Shown: positions 15,306 through 25,236 of the stretch, in pieces | Position numbering within the stretch: the stretch's first letter is position 1 | Layout: the number at the start of each line of letters is the position of its first letter | Source: a virus | Taxonomy: Duplodnaviria; Caudoviricetes | Length of the DNA: 27,240 bases | Virus record (IMG/VR): IMGVR_UViG_3300010052_000010 | Location: 1 to 27,240 of that record | Direction: 5' to 3' (one strand) | The notes under the pieces: generated by a model | The model's input: only the letters and a program-made list of their open reading frames with translations | Database searches by the model: none | What the model was told of the DNA's origin: nothing | Made by a program: the position numbers and the translations under genes

Positions 15306-17728
15306 TGGCAAGCCAGGAAGACATGGGTCGACTGCTTGTCCGCATCGAGGCGACACAGGCGAAGTTCGAAAAGCAGATGGCCGCCATCGCCAAGAGGGGC
15401 GCGGACAGCGCCGGCGAGATCGAGAAGCGGTTCCAGAAGGCGAACGACAACATCGCCAAGGGGTTCGATCGCGGGGCAAAGGCCGCCACGGTTTCGATCG
15501 GCCAGCAGAAGGCGGCCGTCGCGAACCTGTCGTTCCAACTGAACGACATCGCGCAAGGCCTGCTGAGCGGCGTCTCGCCTTTCACCATCATGGCGCAGCA
15601 GGGCAGCCAGGTCACGCAGGCGCTCGCGATGACGGGAGGCGGCCTGGGCGGCACGGTGCGGGCGCTTGGCGGCGCGTTCGCGTCCATGCTCAGTCCGGTG
15701 TCCCTGGCCACTTTCGCGATCATCGGGCTTGGTGGGGCGGCCATCCAGTACTTCGCCGAGCTGCTGACCGGTAGCGACACGTCGGAAAAGAAGCTGAAGG
15801 AACAGGCCGAACTCATCAACAAGATCGCCGAGCGGTGGGGCGACGCCGTTCCGGCCCTGAAGCAGTACAACGAGCAGGTCAAGGCGGCCGTCGATCTCGC
15901 CGACCTCGAGGCTGGCGGCAAGGCGGCGGCCGAGCGCAAGAGCGAGGAGGCGCGCTCGGCGCTGGCCGAGATATCGAACGAAGGCCAGCGGCTGCTCCAG
16001 CAGCTCCGTCTCAGCGGCGCGGTCAGCGCCGAGGCGATCTCGGCGCTGGACGCCGCACTGCGCAAGACGCGCGCGGAGATGGGCGACAGCGGCAAGACGG
16101 CCGAGAACACGAAGGCCGTTCTCGCGGCGCTTTCTGGCGTCGTCTCCAGCGGCATTCCGCTGGTGCAGCAGTACCAGAGCAAGTTCTCGCAACTGGCTTC
16201 CGACATGGCGGAGGCGACGAAGCGCTCGAAGGAACTGGAGTCCCAGACCAAGAGCCTCGCCGACGCGCTGCGCGTGCAGGAGCAGCTCAACCAGTTCCCC
16301 TCGGGCGTGGGCACGCTCTCGCCGCTCTACAGCGGCGGCGGCAAGTTCATGAACGAACAGCAGTACCAGAGCTACAAGTTCGACGAGAATGCGTTGCGCG
16401 AGGCTGGCGCCTCGGCCGCCGCCCAGATGATCAAGGGCTTCGAAGGGTTCATAACCAACGCCAAGTGGGACAAGAACCACTTCCGGGTCGGCTTCGGCAG
16501 CGACACGATCACCGACGCGGCCGGGCGGGTTTCGGAGGTCACAAAGGATACGGTGGTGACGCTTGCGGATGCCGAGCGCGACCTTGCCCGCCGCATCGTC
16601 GAGTTTCAATCCGGAATCCAGCAGGCGATCGGCGTCGATACGTGGAACAGCCTGAGCGAGGCCCAGAAAGCCGCACTGACCTCTATCGCCTACAACTACG
16701 GACAGCTCCCGAAATCCATCGTCGCCGCTATCCAGCAGGGCGGCGGCCCGGAACTGGTCGCGCAGGCGATCGCGAAGCTGACGTCGAATCCGTCGCGCCG
16801 GCATGAAGAGGCGCAGGCCTATCTCTCCGGCACTGGCATTTCCCTCAAGGAGGCGGGCCTCGACGGCAAGTCGCCGACCGATGTCTTCAACGGCGATATG
16901 GCCGATGTGCAGAAGCGCATCGACGTGATGACCGCCGAATATGAGGCGCTCTCCAAGCTCAACCCCCTGATCAACGACTATGGCTACGCTGTCCAGAAGG
17001 CGAAGATCGAACAGCAGTTGCTGTCCGAGGCGCAGAAGGCCGGCGTCGACCTAACGCCGGAACTCCGTCAGAAGATATCCGACCTGGCGGAGGCCTATGC
17101 CCGCGCGACCGTCGCCGGCGGTCTCCTTGCCGAGGGTAACCGCAAGCTCGTCGCGACGATGCAGCAATCGTCGCAGTTCGGAAAGGACGTGTTGGGCGGT
17201 TTCATCTCCGACCTGCGCGCCGGAAAGTCGGCGGCCGAGGCTCTCGCTGGCGCGCTCGAAAAGGTCGCCAGCAAGCTGCTCGACATCGGCCTCAACGCCC
17301 TGTTCGACGGCGCGAAGGCCGGCTCCGGCGGCGGGTTGCTCGGCGGGCTCTTCACCTGGCTGTTCGCCGATGGCGGTGTCGCCGCCAACGGCCGGCCGCA
17401 GCCACTGAAGACGTTCGCCAATGGCGGCGTGTCGAAGACGGCGGCGATCTTCGGCGAAACGGGGCGGGCCGAGGCCGCGGTGCCGTTGCCTGATGGACGG
17501 CGTATTCCGGTCGACCTGCGCGCGCCGGATCTTCGCGGCGCCGGCGGATCGAGCGACACCGTGCGCCTGGTGCTTCAGGACGACAGCGGGCGCATGGCGC
17601 AGATCGCCGACCAGCAGATACGCACGCGCTCCGGCACCATCGTGCAGGTCGCGGTGCAGCAGAGCCAGAAGGCGACGCGCCGGGCCATGCCCGGCATGAT
17701 CGCCGAGGCGCAGGTCAGGAGCCTGTGA
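15305..17728 (+). CDS. Tape measure protein with embedded lysozyme-like domain
   Basis: Ala/Gly-rich helical protein with NLSFQLNDIAQGL..G.SPFTIMAQQGSQ and C-terminal FANGG...GETGRAEA.VPL; internal IKGFEGF...WD....VGFG...AALTSIAYNYG...RR.EEA. Confidence 0.94.
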   Translation: MASQEDMGRLLVRIEATQAKFEKQMAAIAKRGADSAGEIEKRFQKANDNIAKGFDRGAKAATVSIGQQKAAVANLSFQLNDIAQGLLSGVSPFTIMAQQGSQVTQALAMTGGGLGGTVRALGGAFASMLSPVSLATFAIIGLGGAAIQYFAELLTGSDTSEKKLKEQAELINKIAERWGDAVPALKQYNEQVKAAVDLADLEAGGKAAAERKSEEARSALAEISNEGQRLLQQLRLSGAVSAEAISALDAALRKTRAEMGDSGKTAENTKAVLAALSGVVSSGIPLVQQYQSKFSQLASDMAEATKRSKELESQTKSLADALRVQEQLNQFPSGVGTLSPLYSGGGKFMNEQQYQSYKFDENALREAGASAAAQMIKGFEGFITNAKWDKNHFRVGFGSDTITDAAGRVSEVTKDTVVTLADAERDLARRIVEFQSGIQQAIGVDTWNSLSEAQKAALTSIAYNYGQLPKSIVAAIQQGGGPELVAQAIAKLTSNPSRRHEEAQAYLSGTGISLKEAGLDGKSPTDVFNGDMADVQKRIDVMTAEYEALSKLNPLINDYGYAVQKAKIEQQLLSEAQKAGVDLTPELRQKISDLAEAYARATVAGGLLAEGNRKLVATMQQSSQFGKDVLGGFISDLRAGKSAAEALAGALEKVASKLLDIGLNALFDGAKAGSGGGLLGGLFTWLFADGGVAANGRPQPLKTFANGGVSKTAAIFGETGRAEAAVPLPDGRRIPVDLRAPDLRGAGGSSDTVRLVLQDDSGRMAQIADQQIRTRSGTIVQVAVQQSQKATRRAMPGMIAEAQVRSL

Positions 17729-17734
17729 GGTCAG

Positions 17735-18397
17735 ATGACTGTTCGTTGGCCCGTTGCGGTCCTGCGCCCGCAGAATGTCGCCTTCGACCTCGCGCCGCGT
17801 TCGCTTGCCGGGCCTTCGTCGGTCAGCGGCAAGACGCAGGTGGTGAGTTCGGATGCCGGCATCTGGAAAGCGACCTTCGGCAATATCGTCATCCGCCGGC
17901 GTGAGGAGGTTCTGATGCACCGCGCGCTTGCGGCGATCCTCGAGGGCAGGGCGGGAACGATCCTGGTGCCGCTCTGCCGCGCCTACCAGCCGATTCCGGC
18001 CGACATTGCAGGCATGGAAGAGGAAACACCGCATGAGGACGGGTCGTTCTTCGACGACGGCTCCGGCTATGTCGGCGCGATCGTCGACGTGTCGGCGCAG
18101 GCCCCCGCTCCCGTGCGCGCCGTCTCCATGACGGTTACCGTGACACGGGCCGGCGACATCCAGCCTGGCCAGCACTTTTCGATCCGCGAGCGGCTCTACC
18201 GGATCCGTGGCTTCGATGCTTCGACCGGCGCGATGACGTTTCGCCCGCCACTGCGCGAGGCGGTTTCAGTCGGCGAAGCGCTGAACTTTGACGATCCGGT
18301 CTGCCGCATGCGGCTCGCCACCGATGACGCCATGGACCTCGACCTTTCACTGCGGCGATTCGGCACGCCAACCGTGAACTTCATCGAGGATGTCTAG
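17735..18397 (+). CDS. Putative distal tail protein
   Basis: First gene after TMP, 220 aa, with FRPPLRE and terminal FIEDV; assigned by synteny. Confidence 0.7.
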   Translation: MTVRWPVAVLRPQNVAFDLAPRSLAGPSSVSGKTQVVSSDAGIWKATFGNIVIRRREEVLMHRALAAILEGRAGTILVPLCRAYQPIPADIAGMEEETPHEDGSFFDDGSGYVGAIVDVSAQAPAPVRAVSMTVTVTRAGDIQPGQHFSIRERLYRIRGFDASTGAMTFRPPLREAVSVGEALNFDDPVCRMRLATDDAMDLDLSLRRFGTPTVNFIEDV

Positions 18398-18398
18398 A

Positions 18399-18995
18399 AT
18401 GGCGTTCTTTTCGGCCGAGCAGATCGCGGCATTGTCGGCCGCGACCGTGCGCTGCGATTTCCTGGTGAAATTCGACTTCGCGTCGGGTCCGTACTTCGCC
18501 TGGAACGGCAACACCGATCTGCCGGCGCTGGACGGCAACACCTATCGTCCGATGTATGGCTATGGCCAGATCGACGGGCTCGGCATGGCAGGCGCCGGCA
18601 CGGTTTCGGAGGCGGTCACCCTGTCGCTCGACGGTATTCCCGGCGCGCCGCTGGATTTCCTCGCCAAGGCGCTGGCCGAGACGGCCGAGGTCGAGCAGCG
18701 CATGCTCACCATCGCGCTCCAGCTCTTCGACCAGGACTGGCAATGCCTCGCCGTGCCGGTGCCGCTGTTCTTCGGCTTCATGCAGCCGCCCAAGGTGACG
18801 CGGTCGCAGATGCAGGATGCGGATGGCGCGGTGCAATCGGTCAGCATGGCGGCCGAGAACATCTTCTACGGCCGCGCCAGGCCGCCCTATGGCCGCAACA
18901 CCGACCGCGACCAGCAGCACCGTTCGCCTGGCGACAAGATCTTCGGCTTTGTCTCCAGCCTGGTCAGCAAGACGATCACCTATCCGGACTATTGA
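18399..18995 (+). CDS. Putative tail tip/hub protein
   Basis: Position; T..DQQ.R.PGD..F.FV C-terminal motif typical of minor tail/hub proteins. Alternative start 18390. Confidence 0.7.
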   Translation: MAFFSAEQIAALSAATVRCDFLVKFDFASGPYFAWNGNTDLPALDGNTYRPMYGYGQIDGLGMAGAGTVSEAVTLSLDGIPGAPLDFLAKALAETAEVEQRMLTIALQLFDQDWQCLAVPVPLFFGFMQPPKVTRSQMQDADGAVQSVSMAAENIFYGRARPPYGRNTDRDQQHRSPGDKIFGFVSSLVSKTITYPDY

Positions 18996-18997
18996 CC

Positions 18998-19393
18998 ATG
19001 ACCGTGGAAGAGTTCGTCGCCCACGAGGCGGCGCTGCCGCCTTACCCCGGCGCTTGCTGCGTCATGGCGGATCGCTGGGTGCGGCTGCGCCGCGGGTTCT
19101 CGCCGCTTTCCCGCTATGGCCGCCTGCCGGACACCGACGAGGCGGTGAGGGCCTGGCTCGCCGAACCGGGCGGTATCGCCGTTGCGGTGAACCGGGTGAT
19201 GCGCTGCGCCGGCTTTGCCAAGACCGGTAGCCCGGATGCCGGCGACGTCGGGCTGATCCTGCACGGCCAGGCCTGTGCCGGCCGGCATCCCGTCAGCCTC
19301 GCCGTTCTCGGCGATCGCGGCTGGTATTCACGAAATTCGCGCGGCCTGTTCACCGCGCCACGCGATGCCGTCTGGAAGGCCTGGGCGATATGA
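18998..19393 (+). CDS. Tail assembly protein, NlpC/P60-related (DUF6950-like)
   Basis: Position between hub and tip genes; ACCVMADRW, P.AGDVGLI, terminal AWAI. Confidence 0.65.
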   Translation: MTVEEFVAHEAALPPYPGACCVMADRWVRLRRGFSPLSRYGRLPDTDEAVRAWLAEPGGIAVAVNRVMRCAGFAKTGSPDAGDVGLILHGQACAGRHPVSLAVLGDRGWYSRNSRGLFTAPRDAVWKAWAI

Positions 19394-21525
19394 GCCGGTG
19401 GTGGCGCAGCCATGTAGCCGGCGACCATGGCCTTGCGGCGCAGGGAGTGGTGCGCACCGGATTCCTCGAAAGCGCGATCCTGATCGCGCTGACGTCGGCC
19501 GGTGTGAGCGGCGCTGCGCTTGGCGTGCTTGTGCCCGCCCTGGTCGGCGCCAGCGTGGTGGCGGCGTCGATCGGCCTGCAATATCTGGCCAGCGCGCTGT
19601 TCCGACCCAAACAGCCGAAGCCGGAAGACGTACAGAACTCGGTCAAGAATCCGACCGCCGCGCGACAGCGCCACTATGGCCGGGTGAAGACGAGCGGTCC
19701 CTGGGTGTTCGGCGAGGCCAAGGAGGGGAGGTTCTACAAGGTCATCGCGCTCGGCACCGGCGAACTCGATGCAATCGAGGAGATCTGGGGAGACGACAAT
19801 CTCTGCTCGACGATCGATGGCTCCGGCAACGTAAAATCCGACCCCTATGACTATGGCAGTGACGGCGCGCTGCGCATCCTGACCAGGTTGGGAACGCCGG
19901 TTCAAACGGCATTTTCGGAACTGACGGCGGTCTTCCCAGCTTGGACCTCGGAGCATCGCGGCAACGGCGTGTCGCTGCTTTTCGCCCTGCAGCGCGACGT
20001 GAAGGCGGAAGATCTCTCGAAGGTATTTCCGAACCTGACCAACACGCTCTACCGTGTCGTGGCGCGTGCTTCCAAGGTGCTCAACCCCGTGAGCGGCGTC
20101 GTCGCCTGGAGCGACAATGCCGCGGCTGTGATCCGGGACTATGCGACGCATCCCGACGGCGCACGCCTGCCTGCCGCGCTGTTCAACACGCCGCTGGCCT
20201 TGGCGGGCTGGAAGCAGGCCTTCAACCGGGCCGCCATTGCCGTGCCACGCAAGGCCGGCGGCACGGAACCGGCCTACCGCCTTTGGGGCAGCTACACCTT
20301 TGACGAACGGCCGGCCGACGTGTTCGGGCGCATGCAGCAATGCTGCGATGGCCGGTTCGTGCCGACGCCGGATGGTGGGGTGACCCTGCGCATCGGCACA
20401 TGGGCGGAGCCGACGGTTGTCCTCGACGAGGATGCGATCGTCGGCTTTTCCGATCTGTCCCATGGTCGCGATATCCTGACCACGGCCAATGTCATCGCCG
20501 CGACCTACATGTCGCCGACGCATGACTATCAGGCGACCGATGCCGATCGGTGGGTCGACGAAGCTGATGTCAGCGCGCGGGGCGAGATCGTTTCCGAACT
20601 CTCGTTCAACATGTCGCCGTCGCACGGGCAGACGCGGCGCTTGATGAAGAAGGCGGCCTATCGCGCGAATCCGAACTGGACCGGCCAATTCCGCTGCAAC
20701 ATGCGCGGCCTTGCGGCCTTCGGCGAGGACCTGGTGCGGATACGCTATCCGCTGTTCGGCATCGACGAGGTGTTCGAGGTCGACGACTTCCGCTTCGATC
20801 TGGGAGAGGGCGGCATCCTGCTTGGCTGCACCATGACGGTGAAATCCATGCCGCAGGAATCGGAGGCCTGGAATCCGGCGCTGGAAGAGGGCGTCGAGCC
20901 GATCTCGGAAAACGTCGTGGTCGACAAGACAATCCCGCTGCCGCAGCATTTTTCCTTCGGCGTCGACCGGATCGTCGTCGGCGGTCAGCAGGTGCCTTTC
21001 GGCGTGCTCACCTTCGACGCGCCGCCATCCTCCGCCCTCGTCGTCGAGGCCCGCTACAAGAAGGTCGCCGACAGCGAATGGATACCGGTCCCGGTCGGCG
21101 ACGATGCCACCGAGGCGCGCACCAATGCCCTGTCGGACGGCACCCAATATGAGGCGCAGGTGCGCCACGTCACCATCACGGGGCGGAGCGGCAACTGGAC
21201 CGCAAGCCAGAAGGTAACGCCGATCGCCGATCCGACCGCGCCGGGGCTGGTGAGCAATGTGACGGCGACAGGCGGCGCCGGCGTCGTCGACCTGTCGTGG
21301 AAATCACCGAACAGCCAGAACTATGTCGGCGCGACGATCCGCCGGAACACGACCAACACCGAGGCCGGCGCGCCGATCCGCCTGGAATATGGGCCGCCCG
21401 GCACCGTGGATAGCTGGCAGGACACCGGTCTTGCGCCGGGCACATACTATTACTGGATACGCTCGGCCAACGCCTCGAGCGTCGAAAGCGCCCCGGTCGC
21501 GGCCGGCGCCGTGACAGTCACCTAA
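19390..21525 (+). CDS. Central tail tip / host-specificity protein with C-terminal fibronectin-III-like domains
   Basis: RHYGRVKTSG, WSDNAA..IRDY, TQYEAQVR...SGNW, VDLSWKSP...TYYYWIRS.N. Confidence 0.85.
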   Translation: MSRWWRSHVAGDHGLAAQGVVRTGFLESAILIALTSAGVSGAALGVLVPALVGASVVAASIGLQYLASALFRPKQPKPEDVQNSVKNPTAARQRHYGRVKTSGPWVFGEAKEGRFYKVIALGTGELDAIEEIWGDDNLCSTIDGSGNVKSDPYDYGSDGALRILTRLGTPVQTAFSELTAVFPAWTSEHRGNGVSLLFALQRDVKAEDLSKVFPNLTNTLYRVVARASKVLNPVSGVVAWSDNAAAVIRDYATHPDGARLPAALFNTPLALAGWKQAFNRAAIAVPRKAGGTEPAYRLWGSYTFDERPADVFGRMQQCCDGRFVPTPDGGVTLRIGTWAEPTVVLDEDAIVGFSDLSHGRDILTTANVIAATYMSPTHDYQATDADRWVDEADVSARGEIVSELSFNMSPSHGQTRRLMKKAAYRANPNWTGQFRCNMRGLAAFGEDLVRIRYPLFGIDEVFEVDDFRFDLGEGGILLGCTMTVKSMPQESEAWNPALEEGVEPISENVVVDKTIPLPQHFSFGVDRIVVGGQQVPFGVLTFDAPPSSALVVEARYKKVADSEWIPVPVGDDATEARTNALSDGTQYEAQVRHVTITGRSGNWTASQKVTPIADPTAPGLVSNVTATGGAGVVDLSWKSPNSQNYVGATIRRNTTNTEAGAPIRLEYGPPGTVDSWQDTGLAPGTYYYWIRSANASSVESAPVAAGAVTVT

Positions 21526-21549
21526 ACACCCAAGATCAGGAAACCCCCG

Positions 21550-24450
21550 ATGGCTGGCGAGATCAAGGCGGCATTCGATGCCGCGTTCCGCGACTACGTG
21601 ACCGACGGTGTGCCGGCGAGCGGCAGGAATCCGCCGAAGAAATCCGAGATCAGGCAGGCGGCAGGGATCGTGCAGGACACGATCGACACGGAGGTGGCGG
21701 CGCGCATTGCCGACAAGGCCGAACTCAGCGCGCAGATATTCAGCAATGCCTCGCCGCCGCTGGCGGAAGTCGCCGCGGCACAGACCGTGGCTCTGCCGTC
21801 CAATGCCTATGCCAATGGCACGGCCGGCGTCGGCGCCACCATCACGGCGACGGCGAATGGCGCGCTGGCCGGCAGCTATTTCGATGGCGCGACGCTCGCT
21901 GCCGGCAAGCGCCTGTTCGTCGGCCTGGAAGGTGCAAAGAACGGCATCTATGTGCTGACGCAACTCGGCGATGCCACGCATCCCTGGATCCTGACCAGGG
22001 CGACGGATGCCGATTCGGCCGACAAGCTCGGCCTGTGCAATTTCGCGGTGATCGGCGGAACGACGCTCTATGGCCGCTCCTTCAAATGCCAGCAGAAGCC
22101 GGCCGACATCACCGTGGGCACTACGGCGCTGACCTTCGCGATCATCAAAGATGATAGTGCGTTTTCGGGTGAGGTCGTCAACGCACGAGGCTCATATCCG
22201 ACCCTTGGCGATAGATCTGACGCATTGATCGGAACGCGCAGTGTTGCGCCTGTCGACGTCACAGGCTCTGGAACTGCGATTGCCAACACCGCCGTCTATT
22301 TCTGGCCTTCGACCCAAAAGGCGTTCGATCAGTGGATCACGTCTTTCAAGGCAGGCATGGGGACGGATGGCACTCTGAAGATTGTCGTCGCCAAGGTCGA
22401 GAACGACGGAAGCCTGACATTCGTTTCGTCGCAGAACGTCGCAATGCTTGCGGGGACCGGCGCTGTCTCAATCGATCCGCCGCTTCTTGTGCCGGCGGGG
22501 TCGGTCGTTGGCGTGCAGCAGGTCGCGGGCACTTGGTATTACACCACCGGTACCATCCCCAACGGGGAATCCCGCTGGCATACGGCGGCGCTACCGACGA
22601 CGAGCACGCCGAAGACGGTAACCACGACGAACGGGCTGCAGTGGGGCGTCACCTTGACCGGTGAGATCGCCAGCAAGGCTCGCTCCGCCTTCGCGTCCAC
22701 TTCGGGATTGTGGGGCGCGATTGGCTCGTCGCAGGCTGTCGGTTGGTCGAATCTGGTGAATACCGGCACCGACACACCGGCGAACTACAGCACAGTCCAG
22801 CAGGTGCCTGCCCCCGTCGATAGCTATATCGCCGGCGTGCGGGTCGGTGCGGGTGCGACGGGGACGGCAACGATCAGCGCCGTAAAAATGAACCCGGACA
22901 ACACGGTCGCCGATATCAAGAACGCTACTACGGTCACGCTCATAAACGGCGTTGTGAACCTCGCGACTGCGATCCCGCTTCCTGCCGGCTATCGTCCTGC
23001 CATCACCGGCGGTGCCTATAAGTATCAGGCGAACAACAACCCGACCGGGCTTAGGGTGCATCTCAAAAGCGGCGTGATGGCGATCGGCGACACGTTGACC
23101 GATAGCGCCTCCCATCGCTTTGAGGTCGCCTTCACGATCGAAAACGGTCTCACCTTCGACGCTCATCGCGCTGCAGCGTTGGCGTCGCAGGCAGGCGGGA
23201 ATACCGGCCTTGGCTTGCTGTCTGCAGCGGACAATACCGGCGTCGCGGATGCTACGGTGATCTTTGCAGCCGCCGCCGCTGCGCACCCGTTTCCGTATGT
23301 GCCGCCTGGCACGTTTTCGGTGACAGCTATCCCCAACAACGGCAAGGGGTTCTGGGGTCCCGGCAAGGTTCTTGTGAACGGCGTTCTCATGTCGCTGCCG
23401 GAGCGGCCCGAGTTTGGATCGAGATTCCTGAAGGTGCGCGCCGCGTTCATGCCGCAGATTGCCACCGGATCCTGTGTGATCGTCAATGGGGACAGCATCA
23501 GCAATGGAGCGTATGCGACCAACCCTAGAACCAACCATGTCGGGCTGCTGACGCGGTTTGCGAATCTCGGAATCGCGCTCGACGAGGCCGTGCTGGTGAA
23601 CTTCGACAACGCGGATACCTCAGGCGGAAACGCCTTCCACGGGATTTCCTTTGCCAGTCCTTCGACGCCGACCTATGGCACTGGCGGACCTGTCGGCAAA
23701 TCTCTGATGCTCCAGCCAGGTCAGGTGCTTACACTTGCCGCGGCGACCTACGAAAAGGTCGATGTCACCTATCAGGGAGTTTCGGGTGGGCAGCTCGCTT
23801 TCGCTTACAACGGGACCACCTATGCCACCGTCAACACCGCGACGACCGGCAATGACGTTCTCGCGGCACCTGGACCAACCGGTCAGACTGGCAGCGGAAC
23901 CTACACGATCACCAACAGCGGTTCGGTGGCAATCGAGATTACCTCCCTCGTGCGGCTTGGGGTCAAGTCAGGAAGCTTGCCTCGCCTGGTCGTCTGCCGA
24001 ATGGCGCATGGCTCCTACACCATGGCCAGCTACACGGCATCACGCATGCAGTCCATGCTGCGCATTGCAACAGCGGTGGGGGGAGGGTCAAACCACCTGG
24101 TGATCCCCGCGCTCGGCACGAACGATGCCGTGGGAGCAAATCTGGACTATGGGCAGATGAGGCAGGCTACCCTCGACTATGTTGGTCGATGGGTCACGGC
24201 CGGCGTGCCAGCGGTGAACATCCTGCCGATCATGCCTTGGCGCTGGTCATCCTACGGTACTTCCAACTATCCCAACGAACTTGGCGGCATCCGCCAAGGC
24301 TATCGTGAACTGGGCGTTCGGCGCGTGATCCAGACAGATGCCTACGACTTCATCAGCGAGGGCATGGCTGGCGATGGGCATCCGAACGATGCCGGGTTCA
24401 TCGCCGAGTTCAACGCTATCGTCGCGACGCTCTGTGATGGAGCTGTCTAG
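21550..24450 (+). CDS. Tail fibre/tailspike with C-terminal SGNH/GDSL hydrolase domain
   Basis: Last tail gene, T/G/A-rich. SGNH blocks GDS (23488-23496), MAHGS, LGTND (GTND 24115-24126) and DGHP (24373-24384). Confidence 0.85.
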   Translation: MAGEIKAAFDAAFRDYVTDGVPASGRNPPKKSEIRQAAGIVQDTIDTEVAARIADKAELSAQIFSNASPPLAEVAAAQTVALPSNAYANGTAGVGATITATANGALAGSYFDGATLAAGKRLFVGLEGAKNGIYVLTQLGDATHPWILTRATDADSADKLGLCNFAVIGGTTLYGRSFKCQQKPADITVGTTALTFAIIKDDSAFSGEVVNARGSYPTLGDRSDALIGTRSVAPVDVTGSGTAIANTAVYFWPSTQKAFDQWITSFKAGMGTDGTLKIVVAKVENDGSLTFVSSQNVAMLAGTGAVSIDPPLLVPAGSVVGVQQVAGTWYYTTGTIPNGESRWHTAALPTTSTPKTVTTTNGLQWGVTLTGEIASKARSAFASTSGLWGAIGSSQAVGWSNLVNTGTDTPANYSTVQQVPAPVDSYIAGVRVGAGATGTATISAVKMNPDNTVADIKNATTVTLINGVVNLATAIPLPAGYRPAITGGAYKYQANNNPTGLRVHLKSGVMAIGDTLTDSASHRFEVAFTIENGLTFDAHRAAALASQAGGNTGLGLLSAADNTGVADATVIFAAAAAAHPFPYVPPGTFSVTAIPNNGKGFWGPGKVLVNGVLMSLPERPEFGSRFLKVRAAFMPQIATGSCVIVNGDSISNGAYATNPRTNHVGLLTRFANLGIALDEAVLVNFDNADTSGGNAFHGISFASPSTPTYGTGGPVGKSLMLQPGQVLTLAAATYEKVDVTYQGVSGGQLAFAYNGTTYATVNTATTGNDVLAAPGPTGQTGSGTYTITNSGSVAIEITSLVRLGVKSGSLPRLVVCRMAHGSYTMASYTASRMQSMLRIATAVGGGSNHLVIPALGTNDAVGANLDYGQMRQATLDYVGRWVTAGVPAVNILPIMPWRWSSYGTSNYPNELGGIRQGYRELGVRRVIQTDAYDFISEGMAGDGHPNDAGFIAEFNAIVATLCDGAV

Positions 24451-24522
24451 GAGAGATAGCTGGACGGCTTCTGACGGGTGTGTCAGGCTACCCTACGTGG
24501 CGATCGCGAGGGAGAGCGCGTT

Positions 24523-25236
24523 TTGTCTGGCACCGACAGTATCATCGACATCTACGACGATTACTACGCGGACGGCAAAGTGGCCGCAAAGCGAGAGATC
24601 GCATCGAAGCAGTCTGTCGGGCACATAGAGGCGATCATTGAAGGGGAGACCTTCGGCAAGATACTGGATATCGGCGCCGGAGAGGGTGCAGTGTTGGATA
24701 AACTGGCGAAGAAAGGACTGGGAAATGTTCTTGGAGCCGTGGAGATTTCAACCAGTGGCGTTGAAGCGATAAGGGCGAGGACCATTCCTAACCTAAGAAG
24801 CCTCGACATCTTTGATGGCTACAGTATTCCTCACGCCGACAAGTCGTTCGATCTGGGGCTAGCTATTCACGTCGTCGAGCACGTCGAACATGAACGTCTT
24901 TTTCTGCGCGAAGCGGCTAGGGTTTGCAAGAATCTATATATCGAAGTGCCACTTGAGCATACACGAAACCTGACAAAGGCGATCAGAATGTCGGGGCCAT
25001 ATGGCCACATCAATTTCTACACGCCACAAACATTTGACAATTTACTGAAGACATCAGGCCTTCAGGTCGAGAGAATGAAGATTTTTGCTCATGATCTCGC
25101 CTACGAGCAGTATCTCGCTGGAAAGTCAAAGGGTTGGGTCAAATACAAGATTCGAACAGAGTTGCTCAGATTAGCGCCTAACACAGCCGTTCGTAGCATG
25201 GCCTATATGGCCGGCGCCCTGTGCAGGTCTAAGTAG
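24523..25236 (+). CDS. Class I SAM-dependent methyltransferase (moron)
   Basis: ILDIGAGEG, FDLGLAIHVVEHV, YIEVP, GHINFYT. TTG 24523 follows a GAGGGAG RBS (ORF track start 24478). Lower GC than backbone. Confidence 0.88.
   Translation: MSGTDSIIDIYDDYYADGKVAAKREIASKQSVGHIEAIIEGETFGKILDIGAGEGAVLDKLAKKGLGNVLGAVEISTSGVEAIRARTIPNLRSLDIFDGYSIPHADKSFDLGLAIHVVEHVEHERLFLREAARVCKNLYIEVPLEHTRNLTKAIRMSGPYGHINFYTPQTFDNLLKTSGLQVERMKIFAHDLAYEQYLAGKSKGWVKYKIRTELLRLAPNTAVRSMAYMAGALCRSK

Noticed and set aside
5701-19393. Possibility that this is a gene transfer agent cluster
   Set aside because: Some tail genes are GTA-like, but the linked replication initiator, origin, HNH/cos and long TMP indicate a genuine phage.
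486-23609. Many long minus-strand and alternative-frame ORFs (e.g. 9516-11021, 15215-16804, 19114-21168)
   Set aside because: Shadow ORFs expected opposite real genes in high-GC DNA; no motifs, RBS or coupling.
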